A DNA stretch of 64,000 bases, taken from contig OZ244621.1 in assembly GCA_965218425.1 (NCBI GenBank), forward strand, positions 3,840,001 to 3,904,000. Reading direction: 5' to 3'. The notes below the pieces were generated by a model, which worked only from the letters and a program-made list of their open reading frames with translations, searched no databases and was not told where the DNA came from. The DNA is from an uncultured Candidatus Binatia bacterium (lineage in GTDB: Bacteria > Desulfobacterota > Binatia > UBA9968 > CAXXLF01). Shown here piece by piece: positions 39,110 to 49,337 of this stretch. The first letter of the stretch is position 1; each line of letters starts with the position of its first letter. The translations under genes were made by a program, and so were the position numbers.

Positions 39110-40352
39110 TGAGGTAGCCCAGGTTTGACGGACACCTAAAAAGGGGACAAGATCCCCGCAGGAGGTGTTCGATGGGCAAGCGAAGGCGTTTCACCCAAGA
39201 GTTTAAGTTGGAAGCTGTTCGACTGCTGGAGGCGGGCGCTCGGCCAGCAGCGGAGATTGCACGGGAACTGGGAGTACCTCGCAATCGACTGTACAAGTGG
39301 CAGGAGCAAGTGACGAGGAAAGGGGCGGCTGCGTTTCCCGGCACAGGTCGAGGTAGAGACAACGATGAGGTAGCACGGTTAAGGCGAGAGCTGGAGCGGG
39401 TAACGCAACAACGAGATATATTAAAAAAGGCCGCAGCGTACTTTGCCAAGGAGCTCAAGTAAAGTACGCGTTTATACGAGCTCACAGGACAGAGTTTAGG
39501 GTAGTGAGGATGTGCGAGGTATTAGAGGTCAGTCGTAGTGGGTACTACGACTGGAGCGGTCGAGGGGAGTCTCGGCGTAGAGCACAGGATAAGGTTGTGA
39601 TCAAAGAGATCCGCAAGGTGCACGAGAGCTACAAGGAAGCGTACGGGGCAGTCAAGACATGGCTGACGCTGAAGGAGGCGGGGGTGACATGTGGGAAGCA
39701 TGGGGTGGCGAGGCTGAGGAGTTTAGTGGGGATAGAGACGCGTCGGGTGCAAAGGTTTCGATTGGCCTACAAGGCTCGTCACAGTGCGCCACCGGCACCG
39801 AACTTGTTGCGTCAACGCTTCGAAGCGTCAGGCCCCGACCAGGTATGGATGGCCGATATTACCTTCATTGGTACCCGATCTGGGTGGTTATACCTGGCGG
39901 TAGTGGTGGACCTTTACTCTCGGCTGGTGGTGGGATGGTCAATGAAGCAACGTCCCACACAGGAGTTGGTCAGTGAAGCTTTACTGATGGCTATCGAACA
40001 GCGCCAGCCTATGGCGGGGCTGATTCACCATAGCGACCAAGGAATCCAATACGCTAGCAATCACTACGTTGAGTTGCTCAAACGCCATGGGGTGGTGCGC
40101 AGCATGAGCCGCAAAGGGAATTGCTACGACAATGCAGTGGTCGAGAGTTTGTTCAGCTCACTAAAGAATGAACTTGTACACCATCAGGATTATAAGACGA
40201 GGCAGGACGCTAGGTCGGATATCTTCGACTACATTGAACTGTTTTATAACCGAAGAAGAAAGCATGAGTCGTTGGGATACCACACCCCAATGGCATATGA
40301 CTCGATCAAACGTGTGGCTTAATTAACTGTCCGTGAAACCCGGGTCGCTTCA
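39110..40352 (+). mobile_element. IS3-family element, apparently intact
   Basis: TG...CA IRs (tgaggtagcccaggtttgacggaca / tgtccgtgaaacccgggtcgcttca) and 3-bp TSD GTC. orfA 39172-39462, A6G slip site 39423-39429, orfB DDE (WMADIT, HHSDQG, DNAVVES) ending at 40322. Confidence 0.95.
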
Positions 40353-41203
40353 GTCTGACCCCAAAGATGACCCCAAAGACAAAGATGGGATGACGGCATG
40401 TTGCTGCCTGCCGCTCTCCGCCTCCTGCTCTGCTCACTGCCTATACTGTCTTCCTCTTTTTTATAGCCGGCACCTGCACATTGCCTGGTCTTTGAATTAG
40501 TCTGTAGTCCGCGCTGTGCTCTTTGGTTGTCCCGTAGTCCTGTCGTCAGTAGTCCGTCGTCCCATCTTAACGCTATGCGCTTTGCCCTTCAAATGCCCGT
40601 ATTGATCCCAAGTGCCCGAAGAGTAGGACTTTAGGTAGTTAAGTTCGTTATAAAAACAGGAGGGCGCAGACGGTGAATCAAGAGCACGACCCACAAATAC
40701 GATTCACACCACGCGCAATGACCTTTTCTTTTGCCGGCGGGATGCTATCCACTAACGTTTGCACAGGACTACACCGTGTTTGTCAGATGAAGTCTTAGTA
40801 CATCCACTTATCCCCCTCGCGCTTCATTTGTACCCCATGGCATGCCCGGCCTACCGCCCCGTAACTCTTTAATCCAAACTCCCTTGCTATTTCCCCCGAT
40901 GTCATATCGCTCAGCCTCTTCATCAAGTACTTTCCTCTTCTCGTTCTCCTCTCCCCTTCGGCTCCTTACCGGCTCCGCCCTCGGCCGTGCCCGGACCCGC
41001 TCGTACCGCGGATGCTCCGAACTTATAGATCGCCCGCCCTTCATGACCCTATCCCGAAACCCGAGCCAGGGGATATCACATTCGAGCTTATCAAGCTAAG
41101 GTGGAAGATCGGGATGATTTCCCCCCATATTGACGATCTACCACAGGCCAACAAGGAAGCAACCGGCTCACTCCAACCCCAGTCTCTCGACCCTAAACCT
41201 TTT

Positions 41204-42919
41204 TCACCGTTGACGGCCGGCGTTCCGGCCTTGCTGCTGTGCCTTTTCGATCTTAGCCCACGTATCACGTAAGGATACGATTCGGTTAAATATCGGCGCT
41301 CCTTTAATCGAATCGACCGAATCCACACAGAAGTATCCGAGGCGCTCGAATTGGAAACGCTCACCTATTTTAGCGTTTGCCAAACCGGGTTCCACCGGAC
41401 ACTCGGACAGGGTCTCCAGAGAATTGGGATTTAATTGCTGCTTCCAGTCAGTCCCTTCGGGCACGTTGTCCGGATCCGACTGTAAAAAGAGGTGATCGTA
41501 AAGACGGAACTCTACCTTAACGGCGTGCGGAGCGGAGACCCAGTGGATGGTGCCTTTGACCTTACGCCCGCTGGTTGCCGAGCCGCTCTTTGTCTCGGGA
41601 TCGAAAGTGCAGTGCACGACCGTCACTTCACCGGTCTTGGAATCCTTCTCCACACTGACGCATTTGATGATGTAAGCGTAACGCAAACGCACTTCCCGCC
41701 CCGGTGACAGTCGGAAGAACTGCTTGGGAGGGTCCTCGTGAAAATCATCCTGCTCAATGTAAAGTTCACGGGAAAAAGGGACCTTCCGCATCCCTTTAGA
41801 GAGGTCTTCCGGGTTGTTCACGGCCTCCAGCTCTTCAACCTGTCCTTGCGGATAATTATCAAGGATGACTTGAAGGGGTTGCAAAACACCCATCACCCGC
41901 GACGCGGTTTGATTCAATTCTTCGCGAACGCAGTGTTCGAGAAAAGCGATATCGACCGTACTGTTCTTTTTGGCAACGCCGATGCGCTCGCAAAAGCTTC
42001 GAATGGACCCGGGTGTGTACCCACGGCGCCTCAGGCCTGCCAGTGTGGGCATTCGCGGGTCGTCCCAACCTGTTACATGTTTCTCCTCCACCATCTGCAA
42101 CAATTTACGTTTACTCAAGACCGTATAATTCAGGTTGAGCCGGGCAAACTCGATCTGCTGCGGATGGTGAATCTTCAGTTGATTGAGGAACCAATCGTAC
42201 AAAGGTCGATGGTCTTCAAATTCGAGGGTGCAGATCGAATGCGTAATTCCTTCAATGGAATCCGACTGCCCATGGGCAAAATCATAGGTCGGGTAGATAC
42301 ACCACTGATCCCCCGTTCGGTGGTGGGTCGCGTGTAATATCCGATACATGACCGGATCACGCATATTCAAGTTGGGGGACGCCATGTCGATCTTGGCTCG
42401 CAGGGTCCGGGAACCGTCCGGGGCCTTCCCTCCTCGCATACTCTGGAACAGATTCAGGTTCTCCTCCACGGATCGGTCACGATAGGGGCTGTTCCTCCCC
42501 GGCTCAGTCAAGGTCCCTCGGTACTCCCGGATCTCATCCGCGCTCAAATCACACACGAACGCCTTACCGGCCTCAATTAATTGCAAAGCGAACTGGTAGA
42601 GCTGTTCGAAGTATCCTGAGGCATAATACTCCCTGTCACCCCAATCGAAGCCAAGCCAGCGGACGTCCTCCTTGATCGACTCGACGTACTCGACGGCTTC
42701 CTTGTTGGGGTTGGTGTCATCGAAGCGCAGGTTACACAAACCCTTGAACTCTGAAGCGATGCCGAAATTGAGACAGATGGATTTTGCGTGCCCGATGTGC
42801 AGGTAACCGTTGGGTTCCGGTGGGAAGCGGGTATGGACTTGCCCGTCGTTCTTGCCAGCGCTTAAATCATCCAAAATGATGTTACGAATAAAGTGTGACG
42901 CAGTCTCGCTTTTGCTCAT
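41204..42919 (-). CDS. glnS: Glutaminyl-tRNA synthetase
   Basis: [56 protein letters not shown]. Confidence 0.97.
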   Translation of the reverse strand: MSKSETASHFIRNIILDDLSAGKNDGQVHTRFPPEPNGYLHIGHAKSICLNFGIASEFKGLCNLRFDDTNPNKEAVEYVESIKEDVRWLGFDWGDREYYASGYFEQLYQFALQLIEAGKAFVCDLSADEIREYRGTLTEPGRNSPYRDRSVEENLNLFQSMRGGKAPDGSRTLRAKIDMASPNLNMRDPVMYRILHATHHRTGDQWCIYPTYDFAHGQSDSIEGITHSICTLEFEDHRPLYDWFLNQLKIHHPQQIEFARLNLNYTVLSKRKLLQMVEEKHVTGWDDPRMPTLAGLRRRGYTPGSIRSFCERIGVAKKNSTVDIAFLEHCVREELNQTASRVMGVLQPLQVILDNYPQGQVEELEAVNNPEDLSKGMRKVPFSRELYIEQDDFHEDPPKQFFRLSPGREVRLRYAYIIKCVSVEKDSKTGEVTVVHCTFDPETKSGSATSGRKVKGTIHWVSAPHAVKVEFRLYDHLFLQSDPDNVPEGTDWKQQLNPNSLETLSECPVEPGLANAKIGERFQFERLGYFCVDSVDSIKGAPIFNRIVSLRDTWAKIEKAQQQGRNAGRQR

Positions 42920-43006
42920 TTCACCTGGGCCTTCTGGTCGCAAATATATCATATTTTAACAAATCAGGAGCCTTTTCTAATGTTGACTGAAATTGCCCTT
43001 GGCGCG

Positions 43007-43262
43007 AGGGCTGAGAGATTCGCTGAGCGGAACTGGACGGAGCAGCGGGCTACCCACCGAGGTCTGCGACGCATGAAAGCCGGAGTCCGCACACGGCGAA
43101 TCTGAGATCCGGAAGGTTCGTGCGAGCGCGGGCCCGGCGGGTCGCTGCGGAGTCCCGTGAAGTGAAGCGAGCCCGAAGCCCATCAGAAAGAGAGAATGCA
43201 TGGGACCCAATCGGCGCTCCATATCAGAGGACACTCTCGCGGAAGTGTTCACCAGCCTTTTT
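43007..43262 (+). ncRNA. Putative large structured ncRNA of unidentified class
   Basis: At least eight mostly nested helices found by eye, closed by AGGGCTG/CAGCCTT and followed by a U run; no credible ORF. Strand inferred from purine-rich loops and G-U pairs. Confidence 0.6.
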
Positions 43263-43282
43263 AACGGAAAGCGTTTCCGTCG

Positions 43283-43312
43283 TTGACTGTATCCCCATCT
43301 TCCTGTTAATTT
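43283..43312 (+). promoter_or_regulatory. Sigma70-like promoter for gltX (leaderless-type spacing)
   Basis: TTGACT-18 nt-TAATTT with extended TG; ATG 6 nt after the -10 box; no SD. Confidence 0.5.
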
Positions 43313-43318
43313 TTATTC

Positions 43319-44722
43319 ATGCCCCCCATATGCACCCGCTTCGCCCCTAGCCCTACGGGTTTTCTTCACATCGGCAATGCCAGGACCGCTTTGTTCAGCT
43401 TCCTGTTCGTGCGCCGACAAAACGGGCGTTTCCTCCTGCGCATCGACGATACCGACCGGCAGAGATTCGCCCAAGAGTATTTAGATGATATCTTCGATTC
43501 CCTGCAATGGCTGCACCTTGAGTGGGACGAGAAACCCTCCTTTCAGAGCCAAAAGCTGTCGGTCTATCGCGAAAAGATCGAAGAGTTGCTCCGGGCCGAC
43601 AGGGCCTATCGGTGCATCTGCGCACCGGAACAACTTGAAGTGAAGCGCAAGGCGGCAATGGCTGCGGGGAAAAAACCCATTTACGACGGCACATGCAGAA
43701 ACCATCCGCCTGAGATCGATGAAAAATCCCCCTTTACCATCCGCTTCAAGGCTCCCAGGGAGGGAGAAACAGCAGTCGAAGATCTCATCAAAGGCAAAGT
43801 CGTGTTCCAGAACCAGGAGCTGGACGATCTGATCATCCTGCGCTCGGACGGCATGCCCACATACAACTTCTGCTCAGTGGTAGACGATGCATCAATGAAC
43901 ATTACCCATATCGTCCGCGGCGATGACCACCTGGCCAATACTCCACGTCAGGTACTCCTCTTCCAGGCCCTGGGGGCGTCCCTGCCTATCTTCGCCCATC
44001 TCCCCCTTATATTCGGCGCTGACCGCACCCCTTTGAGCAAGCGACACGGCGTCACCTCCGTACGCAGCTACCGCGAGATGGGGTACCTGCCGGAAGCACT
44101 GGTGAATTTTCTGGTTCGTTTGGGCTGGTCGTCTAGGGACCGGGAGGTCTTTACCCGGGATGAGCTCATGAGAGACTTTCGACTCGAAGATGTGGGGAAA
44201 TCACCCGGTGTATTCAACGCCGAGAAACTCCTCTGGCTCAACGCTCACTATATCAAAGAACGTTCCTTGCCCCAGCTCGCGCAGGAAGTTCGACCTTTCA
44301 TCGACCGAAAGGGCTACACCCTTAACCGTGACGCTGCTTGGTTGGAAAAGATGGTGGCGACGCTACAACCGCGTGCCAAAACGCTCACGGAGTTGGTGGA
44401 TACGGCCCACTTTTATCTCAGGGATGACATCCCTATGGATCCCAAAGACAGGGCCAAGTTTCTTACCCCAAATATTAAACCTGTCCTCACCACTTTAAGG
44501 GAACGGCTAGCAGAGCTCCAATTCTGGGAACTCACTGCAATCCAAGGCGCATTCGAGAAGGTTATGGGTGAAACTCACCTCGGGTTGGGCAAAATTGCCC
44601 AGCCGGTTCGAGTAGCACTCACCGGCGGGACCGCAAGCCCCGGAATCTTCGAGGTTATGGAAGTACTAGGAAGGGATCGCACACTGTCTCGTCTCGATCG
44701 GTCAGTCCCATTTTTCCTGTAA
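43319..44722 (+). CDS. gltX: Glutamyl-tRNA synthetase
   Basis: TRFAPSPTGFLHIGNART, LRIDDTD, THIVRGDDHLANT, PLSKRHG, PVRVALTG. Confidence 0.96.
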   Translation: MPPICTRFAPSPTGFLHIGNARTALFSFLFVRRQNGRFLLRIDDTDRQRFAQEYLDDIFDSLQWLHLEWDEKPSFQSQKLSVYREKIEELLRADRAYRCICAPEQLEVKRKAAMAAGKKPIYDGTCRNHPPEIDEKSPFTIRFKAPREGETAVEDLIKGKVVFQNQELDDLIILRSDGMPTYNFCSVVDDASMNITHIVRGDDHLANTPRQVLLFQALGASLPIFAHLPLIFGADRTPLSKRHGVTSVRSYREMGYLPEALVNFLVRLGWSSRDREVFTRDELMRDFRLEDVGKSPGVFNAEKLLWLNAHYIKERSLPQLAQEVRPFIDRKGYTLNRDAAWLEKMVATLQPRAKTLTELVDTAHFYLRDDIPMDPKDRAKFLTPNIKPVLTTLRERLAELQFWELTAIQGAFEKVMGETHLGLGKIAQPVRVALTGGTASPGIFEVMEVLGRDRTLSRLDRSVPFFL

Positions 44723-45009
44723 AAGGCTGAGGCGTTGGATATCCTCTTTTCCACACTGGTTCTCCATGTATCAATGGTGGTCTTGCAGCGGCCGAACAGA
44801 TTGTCCGCCATGGTTGCAAGACTCATAATATGATCCAATTGCACGTGAGTGATCAGAATATTCCTGATCTTCTGCTGCCCTTCCAGGTCCAATACAGCCG
44901 CTGTTGAACCGGCGTCGATCAGCAAAGTGCTGTGCAGCAAGTAACTGGACAGATTGTGCCCTGGGACTTGGCCTCCCGAACATCCTATGACTTCGAATTT
45001 CATCTGCAT
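44720..45009 (-). pseudogene. Truncated MBL-fold (class II cyclic-nucleotide phosphodiesterase-like) gene
   Basis: MKFEVIGCSGG...LLIDAGS...ILITHVQLDHI (degenerate HxHxDH); only ~85 aa before running into gltX. Confidence 0.7.
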
Positions 45010-45059
45010 CCAATATCAGTCAGATTTTACTTGTGTCACTGTTAATACACCTCTGATTT

Positions 45060-45355
45060 CCCACTCACTTCGATGTCGTGCTCGCTCAAGATATCTGGAC
45101 AGTAGACAATCAGGGAGCCTTCCCGACCAGCCACCTTCACATGACGTAAGGCTTTCAAGGGCATTTTTTCCATGACCTCCGAGGCGGTGAATTCACTGAT
45201 GAGCATTGGCACGCCCATTTTTTTTGGTTAAAGCCTCCAACCTCGAAGCCAGGTTTACTGTATCACCAATAGCCGTAAAGTCCGAACGGACCTCTGAGCC
45301 GATGCTACCAAGGACCGTATCCCCCGTATTAATTCCTACTCCAATTTTGAGCTGG
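45060..45355 (-). pseudogene. Class III adenylate/guanylate cyclase C-terminal remnant
   Basis: [43 protein letters not shown]. Confidence 0.85.
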
Positions 45356-45878
45356 GCTCCCAGTTCTCTTTGGTTGATGAGCCATTTCTTCGACTTGTAC
45401 ACGAATTCAATGGGGTCTTCGATGGTAATCACATGACCCTCAAACTCGGCATTGATATAATCGATTATGGCCGCCAAGGTGGTGGACTTTCCCGAACCTG
45501 TGGGGCCCGTTACCAAAATCAATCCCTTTTCCTTGAGGCATAGCTCTTTAGCGACACTTGGCATCCCCAACTGTTCCAACCTAAAAACATTGGCAGGAAT
45601 TGTACGGAATACGGCAGCCTCTCCCAGCCGTTGCATAACGGGCTATGTCACCCATCTCAAATGAAAAATCAAACTCGAAGGTCTCTTCAAAGATCCTGCG
45701 CTAGGCATCGTTCATGATGTCGTAAGGCATGATTATGGACCTGTTCCCGGTTTAAGACGGGGTGATCCAGTCTCTTCAGGTCGCCGTTAATATGAAACAG
45801 CGAGGGTTTACCTGAACTGATATGACAATCCGAGGCGCCCTGTTTAACCCCGAACCCAAGTAGCTATGCAACGCCCAT
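45356..45878 (-). pseudogene. pilT: Type IV pilus retraction ATPase remnant
   Basis: QGASDCHISSG...; AAVFRTIP...[19 protein letters not shown]...[11 protein letters not shown]...INQRELG; internal stops and frameshift. Confidence 0.85.
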
Positions 45879-46295
45879 TATGCCTCCTTTAAGATGCATG
45901 GAAAATAAGACAATTAAAGGGAGATACCGACCATTGTGAACGCAAACAGAATGCTACAACGAATTTCACGAACCCAATCGGTTAAGTGCCCTATTTGCAA
46001 TCAATCGAGCCAGGATAAATCGCAAATGAGAATAGATCAGGGTGCGGTGAAGGCAGCTCATTGCCCGAATTTGACAATAAGCGCTTTTATTTTTTGCCCT
46101 TTTGCTCAAAAACTGCTAGCTTTCGCTTCTAGAAATTGAATTAGATTAATCCCATCAGTTAACATGGGACTTGGAATCGGAAGTGGCAGTCGCCATGTTG
46201 AAGAACGCTGTAGCCGAGACATCATAGACCTCGCAATCAATCATAGTGGCAGGCAAGCAAATATCGTTCATGCCGGGTGCAGGACGGTATTATGT

Positions 46296-46787
46296 ATGAA
46301 CATTCGTGAACTCAAGGCCGTTTCCCAAGAGTTACGAAAATATATCATTCGGACGTTGGTGGTGGCAGGCTCCGGCTGGCAGGTCAGTATTCTAGCCACC
46401 GGTGGGATTATAGAAAATTCCGTCAAAGCAGGAGTTGAATTAAAGCGAAGGGGAATCGATGCCGAAGTGATGAACATTCACACCCTTAAACCCATAGACG
46501 AAGAGCTGATCGCCGACAGGTCCAAGAGCCATGGGAAATTCGTTGCAGTAAAAGACTATGGAATTACGGGGGGGCTTGAGAGGGCGGTGGCGGATTTGGG
46601 ACGGGGTCAAGTCAAGCGCATTTGCGTACAAGATTTTAGTGAATCAGGTGACGTGGGCTATGCAAAAAATATGGTCAATCACAAGAAAACATTGCTGAAA
46701 AAATCCTTGAGCTATTTCAATATCAGTACCCCCACCCCGCTCAAGTATAATCTCGGCTCGCACAACTATGACTCTCTTACCTCTTAG
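46296..46787 (+). pseudogene. Chimeric transketolase remnant (start of N-subunit fused to end of C-subunit)
   Basis: MNIRELKAVSQELRKYIIRTLVVAGSG joined directly to QVSILATG...GIDAEVMNIHTLKPIDEE...GGL...DFSESG. Confidence 0.75.
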
Positions 46788-46814
46788 GGTCTGGCAAGAC
46801 TACCATCAATTCAT

Positions 46815-48138
46815 ATGGCTGAGACGAAAGGCATATCCACCTCCACACAACGAGGGAGCTAGTCCAGTGTCATCGGATTTGTGCTCGCCGCCATCGGCTC
46901 TGCCATCGGGCTGGGAAACGTATGGCGATTTCCTTACATTACGGGTCAGTACGGAGGGGGAGCTTTTGTCCTTATTTATATTGCGTGTGTTCTTGCCGTA
47001 GGCATTCCTATTATGCTGGCAGAGCTCCACATCGGGAGGAAAACACAGCGTAATTGCGTGGGAGCGTTCAGAAACCTTAGACCTCGGTCTCCTTGGGTGG
47101 TTACCGGTTGGCTTGGGGTCGTAAGTGATTTTGTAATTCTTTCTTTCTAAGGGGTGGTGGGTGGATGGGTCCTTCACTACATCTTCCTTTCCATCCGCAA
47201 TGGATTTGTGGGTCACTCCCCCGAAGAGGTTTCCAGCATGTTTGCCGCCCTCGCGGCAAGTCCCGTCCATCAAATTATCGGCCACACGCTATTCATGATA
47301 GTGACCATTAGTATTGTTGCCGGCGGAATCCATCGTGGAATCGAGCGCAGCAATAAAGTTATGATGCCAGCCCTTTTTCTCCTTCTATGCGCCTTGCTGG
47401 TCTATTCATTACAGACGGAGAGAGCCATGGCCGGGGTGGATTTTCTTTTGCATCCACGATGGGGCCAGCCGGGATCTTAGAAGCCCTTGGCCAAGCCTTT
47501 TTTCCCTGAGTTTGGATATGGGGGCCATGATTACCTATAGCAGTTATCTAAGCCGGGAAACCAATCTTGTGCGCGCGTCCTTCTATGTGGCCTTGGGAGA
47601 TACATCGGTGGCCATCCTAGCTGGATTCGTAATCTTTCCGTTGGTATTCACCTTCCAACTGGAACCCGGAGGCGGCCCGGGGCTCATATTTCAAACGCTC
47701 CCCATCGCATTCTCCCAACTGCCCGCAGGCATAATTGTAGGAATCGCCTTTTTCATTTTACTCGCGTTTGCAGCTTTGACTTCGGCCATCTCCCTGCTGG
47801 AGGTTGTGGTGGCTTATTTCATTGACGAGCAGGGATGGAGTCGACCAAAAACCACTTGGCTCATGGGCACAATCATTTTTGCATGTGGCGTTCCCTCAGC
47901 CATCTGGCAAAATGTATTCGGCATGATGGATCAACTGGCCACAAATTACCTTCTGCCTTTTGGAGCTTTTCTTATCGCCCTGTTCGCTGGATGGGTTCTC
48001 ACCAAGCGCGAACGGCTCGCGGAATTCGAGCTAAATGAGATTCGTACGTCAACTTACTTGGGGTGGACCTTTCTCATCCGATACGTTAGCCCGGTGGCTG
48101 TAGCGGTCATCTTTTTACACCTGTTGGGTTTGTTTTGA
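46815..48138 (+). pseudogene. Neurotransmitter:sodium symporter (NSS/SNF) family transporter, disrupted
   Basis: AAIGSAIGLGNVWRFPY...GGGAF; in-frame TAG at 46860 and TAA at 47148, frameshift near 47470-47510; then GAMITYSSY, GPGLIF. Confidence 0.88.
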
Positions 48139-48250
48139 GGGCTACCGCAACCTCACATGAAATCTTAATCCTAACTCATCCCCTGCATTGCCCCAAGGAC
48201 AAAAAATGTTCAACGCGGCGGGTATTTCTGTAGATAGTAAGACCTGTAGA

Positions 48251-49120
48251 TTAGATGCGCTCTTCCCCGCCCGAAAACCAGGTGTATCGTAACAGTAAAC
48301 TAAACAGGATAATCGCACCTCCAATAGTTGTCGGGGCAGAGGGGATCTCACCCACTACCCATGCCACCCAGAGAGGGTTGAGCACTGGCTCCACGAGCAC
48401 AAGAAGGGAGGCCTCCTGAAGAGCAATCTTCTCCAGGCCCTTGGAAAAGAGAAAGTATGGTATGCCTAACTGAACGACACCCATTACCGCCAGGGCCAGG
48501 AGTTCTCCTCCAAAAGGAATGGGTTGGAAAATCATGAAGGGGATAAGGATAATTGAACAAACCAGGTTGTTCATGAAAGTTACCATCAGGGGATCAAAAC
48601 CCGACAAAAATCGGAGGTTCAGCATATAGATAGCGAAAAAAAAACCACTCAAGACGGCCACTGATACTCCCCACAGGTCCTCCCCTCCGCTGCTACCACT
48701 GAATATGACAGTTACACCGAGCATGGACAAAACTAGAGTCATAAGGTTTACCTTGGAGATGGGTTCACTGAATAACAAACGAACGAATAGAAAAACGAAT
48801 ATGGGGGCGGTGTATTGCAAAACAATTGCATTGGCCGCAGAGGTGAACTTATTGCTTAAGACAAAGAAAGTTAAAGCTGCCGTGTAGCTGGAAACCGAGA
48901 TTAAGAGATGAAAGGATGATTTCCACCTTCCCCGCCTAAGGAAACACATGAAAAACAGAGAAGCAAAAAGGCTGCGGTAAAAGACAATAACAAGGGCCGG
49001 AAGTTCCAGCGACTTGATGAATATTCCCGCGAGACTCCAGAGCAATCCCGCCAGGAAAATGATTATTCGACCTTGATTGACGTTAGATATTTGATGCCAT
49101 GATTCTATCCTGCGAGCCAT
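48251..49120 (-). CDS. DMT/EamA family transporter
   Basis: About 10 TM; ANAIVLQYTAPIFV, LVEPVLNPLWV..GEIP. Confidence 0.88.
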   Translation of the reverse strand: MARRIESWHQISNVNQGRIIIFLAGLLWSLAGIFIKSLELPALVIVFYRSLFASLFFMCFLRRGRWKSSFHLLISVSSYTAALTFFVLSNKFTSAANAIVLQYTAPIFVFLFVRLLFSEPISKVNLMTLVLSMLGVTVIFSGSSGGEDLWGVSVAVLSGFFFAIYMLNLRFLSGFDPLMVTFMNNLVCSIILIPFMIFQPIPFGGELLALAVMGVVQLGIPYFLFSKGLEKIALQEASLLVLVEPVLNPLWVAWVVGEIPSAPTTIGGAIILFSLLLRYTWFSGGEERI

Positions 49121-49337
49121 GGTTCATCCCATCTGAATTTTTTTCTTCCAGAAGATACTAAAAGATTTACGTCCATTAGAGCAATGCGCTGGTCTTTTGC
49201 CTTCTGCTAAATCCGGGATCCATGGTGGGGTTCCTTAATGGCAATGGATACGAGGACTTCTTTTTATCTTAAAAAGGGGGAAAGGCAAGACTGAAGGCTC
49301 TGCAGATACAAATCACGGCCGCCGAAAGGGTTTCAAG

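Noticed and set aside
40808..41200. Small ORFs downstream of glnS
   Set aside because: Low-complexity, purine-biased, interrupted frames with no recognisable family.
43007..43262. c-di-AMP (ydaO) riboswitch, T-box, cobalamin riboswitch, RNase P or group II intron
   Set aside because: Only short resemblances (GGCGAATCT, CCCGAAGCCC). The diagnostic motifs (CAGCTAAC, T-box GGTGG-ACC, GAGGAAAGTCC, domain V) were not found by eye.
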